Assembly: GCF_001194135.2 (NCBI RefSeq)
Contig: NC_068985.1
Location: forward strand, 88,929,892-88,970,890
Length of the DNA: 40,999 bases
DNA from: Octopus bimaculoides
Taxonomy: Eukaryota
Reading direction: 5' to 3'
The notes beneath the pieces are model-generated. The model was not told where the DNA came from, made no database searches, and was given only the letters and a program-made list of their open reading frames with translations. Shown one piece after another: positions 24,321 through 34,125 of the stretch. Every line of letters starts with the position of its first letter. The first letter of the stretch is position 1. The translations under genes were made by a program, and so were the position numbers.

Positions 24321-25491
24321 AGTTTTAAAACTAAGATATCGAGCAAGAAATGTATCAAAGAGGTTTTAATTGGACATATGCATTACCCACTAGTGGAATT
24401 AGGTCTTAACTGTACCTGATACTCAATTAATTTATTTGTCAACTATATGACGATTCAACGCAAACACACCACGTNNNNNNNNNNNNNNNNNNNNNNNNNN
24501 NNNNNNNNNNNNNNNNNNNNNNNNNNNNNNNNNNNNNNNNNNNNNNNNNNNNNNNNNNNNNNNNNNNNNNNNNNNNNNNNNNNNNNNNNNNNNNNNNNNN
24601 NNNNNNNNNNNNNNNNNNNNNNNNNNNNNNNNNNNNNNNNNNNNNNNNNNNNNNNNNNNNNNNNNNNNNNNNNNNNNNNNNNNNNNNNNNNNNNNNNNNN
24701 NNNNNNNNNNNNNNNNNNNNNNNNNNNNNNNNNNNNNNNNNNNNNNNNNNNNNNNNNNNNNNNNNNNNNNNNNNNNNNNNNNNNNNNNNNNNNNNNNNNN
24801 NNNNNNNNNNNNNNNNNNNNNNNNNNNNNNNNNNNNNNNNNNNNNNNNNNNNNNNNNNNNNNNNNNNNNNNNNNNNNNNNNNNNNNNNNNNNNNNNNNNN
24901 NNNNNNNNNNNNNNNNNNNNNNNNNNNNNNNNNNNNNNNNNNNNNNNNNNNNNNNNNNNNNNNNNNNNNNNNNNNNNNNNNNNNNNNNNNNNNNNNNNNN
25001 NNNNNNNNNNNNNNNNNNNNNNNNNNNNNNNNNNNNNNNNNNNNNNNNNNNNNNNNNNNNNNNNNNNNNNNNNNNNNNNNNNNNNNNNNNNNNNNNNNNN
25101 NNNNNNNNNNNNNNNNNNNNNNNNNNNNNNNNNNNNNNNNNNNNNNNNNNNNNNNNNNNNNNNNNNNNNNNNNNNNNNNNNNNNNNNNNNNNNNNNNNNN
25201 NNNNNNNNNNNNNNNNNNNNNNNNNNNNNNNNNNNNNNNNNNNNNNNNNNNNNNNNNNNNNNNNNNNNNNNNNNNNNNNNNNNNNNNNNNNNNNNNNNNN
25301 NNNNNNNNNGGTAGAGCGCTTGATGTTTTTCTCAACTATGCTCCACACATAGTAATCGGGATTAAAATTCTGGGCATTGTTATATTAGAAAGGTAGGCTG
25401 GTGAAGTCATATAAACGCTCGAAAACCACTCCTGACTCTTATTTACATTATTTACATTTGACGGATATTTGTCCTCATCTGGTTTGTTGTT

Positions 25492-25537
25492 AAGACAACT
25501 TTTCGGCTGATATACCCTCCAGCCTTCATCAGGTGTC
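25492..25537 (-). ncRNA. Minimal type-I hammerhead ribozyme motif (stem III mutated to AAGU)
   Basis: Minus strand GACAC-CUGAUGA-A-GGCUG-(gaggguauau)-CAGCC-GAAA-AGUUGUCUU: intact core boxes and perfect 5-bp stem II. Confidence 0.7.
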
Positions 25538-25678
25538 TTGGGGAAATTTCTAACCTGAGTTCTCATTCCATAGGTATTTTTCGATGTTATTAGTATTATT
25601 CAGGTCACTGCCTGGAATCAAACTCGAAATCTTTGGGTTAGTAGCCCACACTCTTAACCACTACGCCAGATGCCCCAA

Positions 25679-25724
25679 GACACCTGATGGTGGCTGGAGG
25701 GTATAACAGCCGAAACGTTGTGTT
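25679..25724 (+). ncRNA. Minimal type-I hammerhead ribozyme motif (CUGAUGA box mutated to CUGAUGG)
   Basis: GACAC-CUGAUGG-U-GGCUG-(gaggguauaa)-CAGCC-GAA-ACGU-U-GUGUU: stem II, palindromic ACGU stem III, predicted UU cleavage site, stem I GACAC/GUGUU. Confidence 0.7.
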
Positions 25725-27066
25725 AACAACAAACAAGATGAGGACAAATACCTGTCAAATGTAAATAATGTAAATAACGTACATAATTCCTCATCTCTTA
25801 AATATAGAACTGTACCACTCCTGACTCTTTCCAACGTTTAGCAATGAGTCAAAACATTCTGCCGCACATATATCATCCGGAAACGTTCTTTTGCCAGGTT
25901 TTGTCCTCACATAACTATTTGAATTGAGTGCAAAGTCCTGTTCAAAGCTGTGAAGATAATCCTCAGCACTTGAACACAATGAGAATGTCTTCTCTGTGCT
26001 TTCCTGCAAGTCACGGTTTCGTAGACCCCCATTGTAACACTCCACGTCGCGTCTTATAACTTGCAGTCCTCCATGTAAATTAAGTGTCCTCCAACTAGAA
26101 ATTTAGGTTTATTCTTTCAAACGCTGTTAACTTTTCAACCACACATCAGGCTCTTCCCGAGAGAAGAGACATAACATGGTCAAATCTATCTCAAACATTG
26201 TAGTCTTATTACTGTACCATGAAGACGAATCTATTACAAGTTTGCCATACTCCCTGTTATATCAGTAAAGCTTTAAATTAGGATATATTTTGCAATTAGC
26301 TTATAAATAAGAAGCAAGGGAAATTGCTTCATTCCATTCTTCCATTTCATGGGCAATACAACATTTTTTCCAAAGCAACATTCAGGGAGCCAGTATAAAT
26401 GTATACGCCGAAAGGGATTTGAGCTCAAAATTGAAAACCAGTTACAGATAATAAAATACATGTATTAAAGAAGCTAAAGCTTTTTTGTTTGCACTTCCCA
26501 TTTTATTATTTTTTTTACTAAGAGAGGTTGAAAGGACAGATGTATTATAGGAATACCTTATACATATTTGGAAACAAATTGCCTAACGCTTCACTGAAGC
26601 GACACCGATTATATCCAGGGAAAACTTAATGACAGACAAACTGTTCCTAAGAGAAGAATTTAACAGTGAAAATGAAGAAAAATAGTAACATATAAATGAA
26701 AAGAATTTGTAAATAATGGTTAAAATCCCCACGTCTATATAAAGCGTTGAAGTTCTTAGTTTGGTTATATCGAAATTCATTTGAGAGGAGATTAAACACT
26801 CACAAATATTAAAACTGCTTTAAATTGTCAATTGTCACACAGGTCATATGCAATAAGTACATTTGTCTATAAAGCGAACTGATTACGCCTAAAATAGTAT
26901 GCCTTGTTTAGTTTCTAAGACTAATCAACAAACTTATATGTGTTCTAAAAGTTGATCGTTATTCCTTATTAATCGTTAATCGTTAATACTTTTACATATT
27001 TGTGGGGCATAACATGACTTAAGATTCACCGAACTCAATCTCATTTTAATATTTTCATAATTCATA

Positions 27067-27280
27067 TGAGGGGCCGAACGGAAAGAACCGTTACTGCGTC
27101 GGACAAAATGATTAGCGACATTACTTTCGAATTTACTTCCTCAGTTGAAATGCCCCTGAAGTTGACGCTTACTTCCTCCTTCCGGAGTCGAGAAAATATC
27201 ACAAGTACTGGGGGTTGATGTGGTCGGTTTACTCCTATCTCGCAAAATAGCTGGCCTAGTGTCAAACGTTCAAACCAATA
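27067..27280 (+). mobile_element. SINE family B, old degraded copy
   Basis: GGACAAAATGATTAGCGACATT...CTTCCTCCTTCCGGAGTCGAGAAAAT...GTACTGGGGGTTGATG...GCTGGCCTAGTGTCAAACGTTCAAACCAATA is colinear with the 36588 copy. Confidence 0.65.
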
Positions 27281-27558
27281 ACGTGATAATTCATAACGCT
27301 CAAGTATATTCCAGAAATACACAACCTAGTATGTTTCCTACTGATTTTGTATGATGCACCCTAGTTCATTCTGAGGAAAATATCAGGACGTCTCATCAGT
27401 TCTGTCCGATTTTACCTTTTTTAAAATTGAATAAAATTTAATAGTATTTTAGAATGTCAAATGGAATTAAAAATTATTTTTACGCATTTGTGTAATAATT
27501 CGATATTATTTTACAGAATAATAGAATTAAAATTTCTTTAATTAAAGCGCTTTCTAAC

Positions 27559-28646
27559 ATGGAAGTGTCCAAAGAGCATTTAAGGCACATAATGCTTTAT
27601 GAAAACAAAAAAGGAAACTCTGCAGCCGAAGCGACTCGAACTATACTCTCAGTTTATGGGAAATATTGCTTGAATGAAAGAACTTGCAGAAGACGGTTTG
27701 CAAAATTCAGAAGTAGAGATTTCATTCTTGAAGATGTAAATCGAAGGGGACGTCCAGTTGAGTTTGATGATAAGCTGCTTGGGACATTACTCGAAGAAAA
27801 TACTTCATTATCAGTTGAAGAATTGGCAATAAATCTTCGTTCAAACCATACAACCGTTCATCGTCATCTTCAACAACTGGGAAAGGTTGCTAAACTTGGA
27901 AAATGGGTGCCTCATGAATTGTCCGAAAGCAACCGCAAATCTCTTCTTGTTATCTGCTCTTTTCTTCATTCTTCCGAACTCATTTCNNNNNNNNNNCCGC
28001 AAATCTCTTCTTGTTATCTGCTCTTTTCTTCATTCTTCCGAACTCATTTCACCCTTTTTGGATAGTCTTATGACTGGTGACAAAAAATGGATCTATCGAA
28101 ATGTTAAACGTCGTAAACAGTGGTTTGGTAAAAAGGAAAAGGCTTAACCACAAATGAGAAGGGAACTTCATGGAATAAAGGTTCTTCTCTCTATCTGTTG
28201 GGATTGCAAAGGAGTAATTCACTTTGAATTCTTACTGCCTGATGCAACAATAAATGCTCAAGTCTATTGTCAACAATTAGAGCGTTTGAACCAAGCTTTG
28301 AAGAAAAACACCTGCTTTAGTGACTCGAAAAGTAGTGATGTTTCAACAGGACAATGTGCGCCCTCCCACTACAAAAATCACATCACAGAAGATCGAAGAG
28401 GTTGGTTGCGAAACATTTCCTCATCCACCTTATTCTCCTGCCCTTAATCCTTGAGACTAGCATTTGTTTCGTAGTTCATAGAATAATTTGTGGGACGTAA
28501 CTTTCTCAAGCCAGGAGGAGGTCGAAACGGACATTTCAGTGTTTATCGCTTTGAAACTAAAAAGGTTTTACAGTGATGGGATTAAAAAGCTTGTAAATAG
28601 ATGGAAGTATGTCATAGATAATCAGGGAAAGTACAGTGATGATTAA
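27559..28646 (+). pseudogene. Mariner D,D34D transposase pseudogene
   Basis: MEVSKEHLRHIMLYE... HTH region, GRP, WVPHEL, TGDKKW, QQDNVRP...HPPYSPALNP*D (34 residues between the last two D); several stops and frameshifts. Confidence 0.95.
27933..28050. other. 54-bp exact duplication on both sides of a 10-N gap (probable assembly artefact)
   Basis: 27933-27986 is identical to 27997-28050, separated by N at 27987-27996; removing one copy and the Ns restores the transposase frame. Confidence 0.9.
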
Positions 28647-30284
28647 ATTTCAATTAAATATAACATTTGATCACTTATTTTCTGTATTCAAAATTCGGAC
28701 AGAACTTATGAGATAACCAGATATTAAGGGAAACATTACCCTTATAGCCTTGTTAAGACAAGTCGCTCCTTAATTAAAATCGATGAAGATTTTGTAGATA
28801 TTTGTATGCTAATTACTAATACCTTAGATGCATCAAAACATTCTTCAAAACCCAGTGAAGTTGCACCTGTCTAAGGTGCATGCATAGATATATTCATCGT
28901 ATCTTTCTAAATCCATTAAATACTTTATTATATAGATTTCGAAGAAAACAGTTTCCACGTGATTTGAATATTACGCAGGGAATATATTGCCGTGAATATT
29001 TTAAATAGATAAGTCTATAACTCACGTAAATCGCTAATTGTTATGTCGATATAATATCAATTTGCATTGTGCAGTTTATATAAATGTTAATAAACGAATT
29101 ATAGGTTAAACGATTTCTTAAATGTTTACAGTAAAGAAAAAAATTAATTTTGGAGAGAACGTTGCGTGATTGTTGACTACACTCTCACAACATACGTTTA
29201 TTTTAACAACATATATATAATTGTTTAAAAGAGAGATGTTTGCATGTAAAACGTTTTGTCTATTTCGTAATAATCAGCTGCATTTTTTTTATTTTCTCAC
29301 AAATTTCGAAGCAATTGTTTAAGAAACAGCCTTGTGTAATGTATTCATTTATACGTGGGCAATGCAATATTGACTGAAATAGTCACTTCATTTCTTTTGC
29401 TTTAGAATCTATATTTTTTCTTTTCTGTTCTTTGTATATTTATTATGACAATTACTGATTCGTTATTAATAAAATTAATTAGATAAATACACACATTATT
29501 TTAGTATTACTATTGTGATCTATATCCTTATCATTAAACAAAGCGCAGAAAATTGTGCACGTTTGTGTAATATACCCCGTAACGTGTTTCTCCTCCGAAA
29601 TAACAGGCCTTGTACCCGAAATTTCACATTTATTATATAAATCAATATTTATTTTTTTCCATATCGCAGTCTTACATTTTCTTGTTCCTCACTGGATATG
29701 TGTCAGTTTCACATTTACAATTCTTGTTTGCTATTTGAGCATATTGAACGGAAACGTGTAATACTAGTCATAAATTCCTTTGCAAAATATTTTACTATAT
29801 TATAGTTCTGCTTGAAGAGATGCATCAGAAGTTCCTTGTTTATTGCACTGAATTAAGATCTATCATATGTCAAGGATCGTCTCAAATAATATCCCCAATT
29901 CTTCAGAATATTCAATCCGATTGCTGACATTTACATTTCATATATTCGCCAAACAATAAACTTTCCAGTCTCTTTTAGATTTGGAAATGTAATTTACAGA
30001 ACATTTGAGACAGATTTTGTGTTTCCGATTGTGTCTTCTGTTTTTCTGAAACTCAAAATGTGGAAAATTCCTTTGTCATAAAATTACTTTTGATTACATT
30101 GATACCAACATAATCAACAAAGAATATTTCAAAGCAAACATGTTACGTTTGCTTATATACATTCATAATATACTCATCCACTCATTAACTCGCGCGCGCA
30201 CTCACGCACATGGACACATACACACACACGTATATAAAAACAAACGAACACACAGATATAATCACTCACATATAAGACTAACTT

Positions 30285-30410
30285 ACACATTTTATCGTTT
30301 ATTTTCTTCACCCGTCTCTCCTGAGTGCGGCCATACTGGGGACGCACATTTTTTTTGTAGACGAACGAATCGATCCCCGTATTTGTTGTCAGTCCTGGTT
30401 GTTATGCAGT
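30285..30410 (-). mobile_element. SINE family A 3' fragment, reverse
   Basis: GAGTGCGGCCATACTGGGG...GAACGAATCGATCCCCG resembles 17725-17750 and the reverse complement of 4130-4180. Confidence 0.55.
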
Positions 30411-31236
30411 GAAGTGTAGGGGTGCACAGACACTAAGACACATACACACATACACACACATACACACACGACTAGTTTTATTTCAATTCCTTGTATCAAA
30501 TTCACTTCAAACCCGGAACCATGTGATTAGGGAACAATCTTCTTTCGACATAACCACGCGTGCAACTACATTTACATTTACACATAAGTATGTATGTGTG
30601 CATTACAATATGAGTGTGTATATATTCGTCGAAGGTTCTCTAGCATGAACATCATTGATATGGTAGAACTCTAACAAGTTCCTATACAAATATTCATTTC
30701 AATATCCATGTTTCTAAACATTTTACGAAAAGATTTTATGAGATGCACACTATATGCGTTTGCAGTACTGTCTCATTAAACACATATTTCATCAGCCAAA
30801 ATTAGTTTGTTTATTTGCTGATTTCATTGTGGTCACGAACGTGTTCATTATATCGCTAATAATATTGGTGTATTATTCTTTTAAATTTATTTCTATCTTG
30901 CTTTCTAACCTTCTAGCGGCAATTGCATGCCTGCATATGTTATCGTAAACAATGTCTGTGTTCGATTGTGTGTGATTATGCCCGCACACATATGCATACA
31001 AGCATTTCAACAATTAAGCTATACGTGTATATATATATATATATANNNNNNNNNNNNNNNNNNNNNNNNNNNNNNNNNNNNNNNNNNNNNNNNNNNNNNN
31101 NNNNNNNNNNNNNNNNNNNNNNNNNNNNNNNNNNNNNNNNNNNNNNNNNNNNNNNNNNNNNNNNNNNNNNNNNNNNNNNNNNNNNNNNNNNNNNNNNNNN
31201 NNNNNNNNNNNNNNNNNNNNNNNNNNNNNNNNNNNN

Positions 31237-31289
31237 ATATATACATACATATATATAGATATATACATATATATATATGTATATGCATG

Positions 31290-31355
<66 letters not shown>

Positions 31356-31375
31356 TATGTGCATTTGTGTGTGTG
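31237..31375. repeat. (TA)n/(TG)n compound microsatellite next to a gap
   Basis: Read directly; similar tracts at 212-246, 5154-5190, 11230-11278, 13550-13583, 18461-18506 and 32349-32535. Confidence 0.97.
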
Positions 31376-32485
31376 TTTGTGCTGTCTGCGTGCATGAATA
31401 AAACAAACGAGTAAATCCTAGATTTAATTAATTGTTCCATGTTGGAGCAAATCCATCAATAAAGAATCGCGCCGTTAATTTCGTTATTGGATTCCTGAAA
31501 TTGTAGGATTCTTGAATTTCTTCTGATACAAATCGAACTACCATAATTTATCATCATTAGTTCTAAAATTCATTGCTTCACTCTCATTCACTGAATCAAT
31601 CGCATTCTCCTTGCTCTCTTACATCTTTATTTTTAATTTGTTTATTATTTTCTACTTCAAATTACTATTAATATTATTATTGTCATTATCCACTTCTTCC
31701 TTTTTCTCCTCCTCGTCATCATCATCATTATCATCGCTACCATCATCATTACTTTTAATGCACTTGTGGTGTTTGCAATTGCCTCTGCCCGTTTTCTTGC
31801 ATGCAGCAGTTTGTTCCATTCTTCTTTATGTTCTTCTTCATTTCGCTATTGATGTCATTATCGTTGTTGTATATGTTGTTGATGTTATTCCTGTTATTAT
31901 TGTCATTCTAATCATCACCATCAACACCAAAATTATTTTGCTTCATATTGCTTTGGAATATGATGTACATCAGTTGTGAATTATATAGTTTAAGTCAATG
32001 CCATTTTAAAAAGTTCTAACTCAGTTCAAATTTGTAATATTCACCTTCAGATGTTGACCACGAACGCACGAAAACATTGCCTCATGGCTACGGTGAGAAC
32101 AGATCAGGACTCCATGATGTTCCACAGCTCCATTCTAACACATTAATCTTAAAATTAATTTCGGTCCAACAAAAGATAAGCGAGCACATGGCACAATCTT
32201 TTCACTGTCAACCTCGCAGTATGGTTCTCAATGTACTCCCAGAAACTTAAATTCTCGCAGAATGGTGTGCTCCAGGTAGTTTTGAGTTAGTGCAATATCA
32301 TGTGAATGGTGATGTTTGTCTGTATTAAAGATCGAAGAGATAGTAAATCACACACGCACGCGCACGCACGCGCACGCACGCACACACACACACAACCACA
32401 CACAAACACACACACACATACACGCCCGCGCGAGGACATAAGAATGTTTCGTTTCTCCAGAGCGTCAAACTAATGCTCGTGTGTA

Positions 32486-32531
<46 letters not shown>

Positions 32532-32535
<4 letters not shown>

Positions 32536-32675
32536 GTTCGGCAAAAGGGACCAATAGATTAAGAACCGGGTAGAAAGTAAGTCACTGAGATCAGTTTATT
32601 CAACTAAAAAATCTTCAAGGTGATGCTCCAGCATAGCCAGAGTCTAATGCTTGAAACAAGTAAAAGATATAAGAC
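32532..32675 (+). mobile_element. SINE family A 3' half
   Basis: GGTTCGGCAAAAGGGACCAATAG...GGTGATGCTCCAGCATAGCCAGAGTC...TGAAACAAGTAAAAGA. Confidence 0.75.
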
Positions 32676-33593
32676 ACATCTCTTCATACTTACTTGTGTG
32701 ACTATATGCATATGTGCACACCTATATATCTGTATGTACAGATATCTGTGTGTGTGTATGTATATGTGTAGATGAGAGTATATGTTTATATGAATATATG
32801 AATATGAATATATATATAGGCAATGTTAATTCTCTAAATGAAGTATTAACAGTAACTGCACGATAAAGTGTAGTATATTGCCACTTAAGTGTGGCTGACC
32901 CCTAGGNNNNNNNNNNNNNNNNNNNNNNNNNNNNNNNNNNNNNNNNNNNNNNNNNNNNNNNNNNNNNNNNNNNNNNNNNNNNNNNNNNNNNNNNNNNNNN
33001 NNNNNNNNNNNNNNNNNNNNNNNNNNNNNNNNNNNNNNNNNNNNNNNNNNNNNNNNNNNNNNNNNNNNNNNNNNNNNNNNNNNNNNNNNNNNNNNNNNNN
33101 NNNNNNNNNNNNNNNNNNNNNNNNNNNNNNNNNNNNNNNNNNNNNNNNNNNNNNNNNNNNNNNNNNNNNNNNNNNNNNNNNNNNNNNNNNNNNNNNNNNN
33201 NNNNNNNNNNNNNNNNNNNNNNNNNNNNNNNNNNNNNNNNNNNNNNNNNNNNNNNNNNNNNNNNNNNNNNNNNNNNNNNNNNNNNNNNNNNNNNNNNNNN
33301 NNNNNNNNNNNNNNNNNNNNNNNNNNNNNNNNNNNNNNNNNNNNNNNNNNNNNNNNNNNNNNNNNNNNNNNNNNNNNNNNNNNNNNNNNNNNNNNNNNNN
33401 NNNNNNNNNNNNNNNNNNNNNNNNNNNNNNNNNNNNNNNNNNNNNNNNNNNNNNNNNNNNNNNNNNNNNNNNNNNNNNNNNNNNNNNNNNNNNNNNNNNN
33501 NNNNNNNNNNNNNNNNNNNNNNNNNNNNNNNNNNNNNNNNNNNNNNNNNNNNNNNNNNNNNNNNNNNNNNNNNNNNNNNNNNNNNNNNNNNNN

Positions 33594-33770
33594 ACCCACT
33601 ACACTCTCTGAGTGGTTGGCGTTAGGAAGGGCATCCAGCTGTAGAAACTCTGCCAAATTAGACTGGAGCCTGGTGTTGCCATCCGGTTTCACCAGTCCTC
33701 AGTCAAATCGTCCAACTCATGCTAGCATGGAAAGCGGACGTTAAACGATGATGATGATGATGATGATGAT
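33594..33770 (+). mobile_element. 3' end of an RTE-clade LINE or RTE-tailed SINE with (GAT)n tail
   Basis: GGTTGGCGTTAGGAAGGGCATCCAGCTGTAGAAAC and GCGGACGTTAAAC(GAT)n match my recollection of RTE 3' termini; the 5' part is in gap 32907-33593. Confidence 0.65.
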
Positions 33771-33858
33771 ATATATGTACACACACACACACGCGCGCAC
33801 ACACACACGCACACACAGACATACATATATATGTATGTATGTATATATACATATTCCA

Positions 33859-34125
33859 TTTCTATATTTAAGAGATGAAGGATTATATACATTATTTACA
33901 TTTGACGGATATTTGTCCTCGTCTTGTTTGTTGTTAACATTTCGGTTGATATACCTTCCAGCCTTCATCAGATTTCTAGGGGGAAATTTCGAACCTGAGT
34001 TCTCATTCTTAAGGTATTTTGCGAAGTTATGGAGAGTATATCAGCCGAAATGTTGTGTTAACAAGGAAGACGATGAGCACAAATATCCGTGAAATGTAAA
34101 TAATGTAAATAATGCAAATAATGTA
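33859..34125 (-). mobile_element. Second SINE family C insertion: 5'-truncated minus copy (33859-34030) plus inverted partial tail (34031-34125), degenerate hammerhead
   Basis: Minus copy shares GAGAACTCAGGTT.GAAATTTCCCC...CTGATGAAGGCTGG...CCGAAA...GAGGACAAATATCCGTCAAATGTAAATAATG...TCTCTTAAATATAGAA with 25441-25813; the forward arm starts GGAGAGTATATCAGCCGAAATGTTGTGTTAAC. Confidence 0.85.

Larger units (their letters stand above)
25441..25813 (-). mobile_element. tRNA-headed SINE (family C, minus, 25441-25675) with hammerhead-bearing PLE-like tail, plus an inverted tail copy (25673-25813); 16-bp TSD
   Basis: ACCACTCCTGACTCTT at 25425-25440 and 25814-25829 (16/16). Minus-strand head TGGCGTAGTGG (box A) ... 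GAGTTTGATTCC (box B). Arms 25441-25543 and 25673-25775 are 95/103 identical as inverted repeats. Confidence 0.9.
25310..26040 (-). mobile_element. Degenerate Tc1/mariner transposase fragment, maT/DD37D-like, interrupted by the 25441-25813 insertion
   Basis: Minus-strand pieces FEQDFALNSNSYV, IYVRQNVLTHC (YVWQQDSAPCH-like), GKSQEWFS, YDFTS, NFNPDYYVWSIVEK (SPDLNPLDYYVW-like); GKSQEWFS is contiguous only after removing the insert and one TSD. The upstream boundary and family assignment are approximate. Confidence 0.7.
27383..28721 (+). mobile_element. Near full-length mariner DNA transposon with TIRs and TA target duplication
   Basis: 27381-27413 TATCAGGACGTCTCATCAGTTCTGTCCGATTTT vs reverse complement of 28691-28723 TATCTGGTTATCTCATAAGTTCTGTCCGAATTT (27/33); TA at 27381-82 and 28722-23; about 1275 bp after removing the gap duplication. 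Confidence 0.95.

Noticed and set aside
25600-25675. Possible tRNA gene on the minus strand (Ser-like CTACTAA loop)
   Set aside because: Acceptor stem and T-arm are imperfect and it runs into a SINE body; it is a SINE head.
25441-25813. Interpretation as a DNA-transposon MITE because of terminal inverted arms
   Set aside because: The arms are asymmetric, a Pol III head lies inside, and the TSD is 16 bp; this fits a retroposon with 5' inversion.
25791-26045. 84-aa minus ORF first read as a MULE transposase piece or host exon
   Set aside because: Neighbouring frames fit Tc1/maT motifs better, and the ORF runs into the SINE insertion.
27062-27322. 86-aa minus ORF and forward TVTASD peptide suggesting a cadherin exon
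   Set aside because: The DNA is colinear with SINE family B (head, core, tail); the motif match is coincidental.
27933-28050. 54-bp tandem duplication inside the transposase
   Set aside because: Exact copies flanking a 10-N gap indicate overlapping contig ends, not biology.
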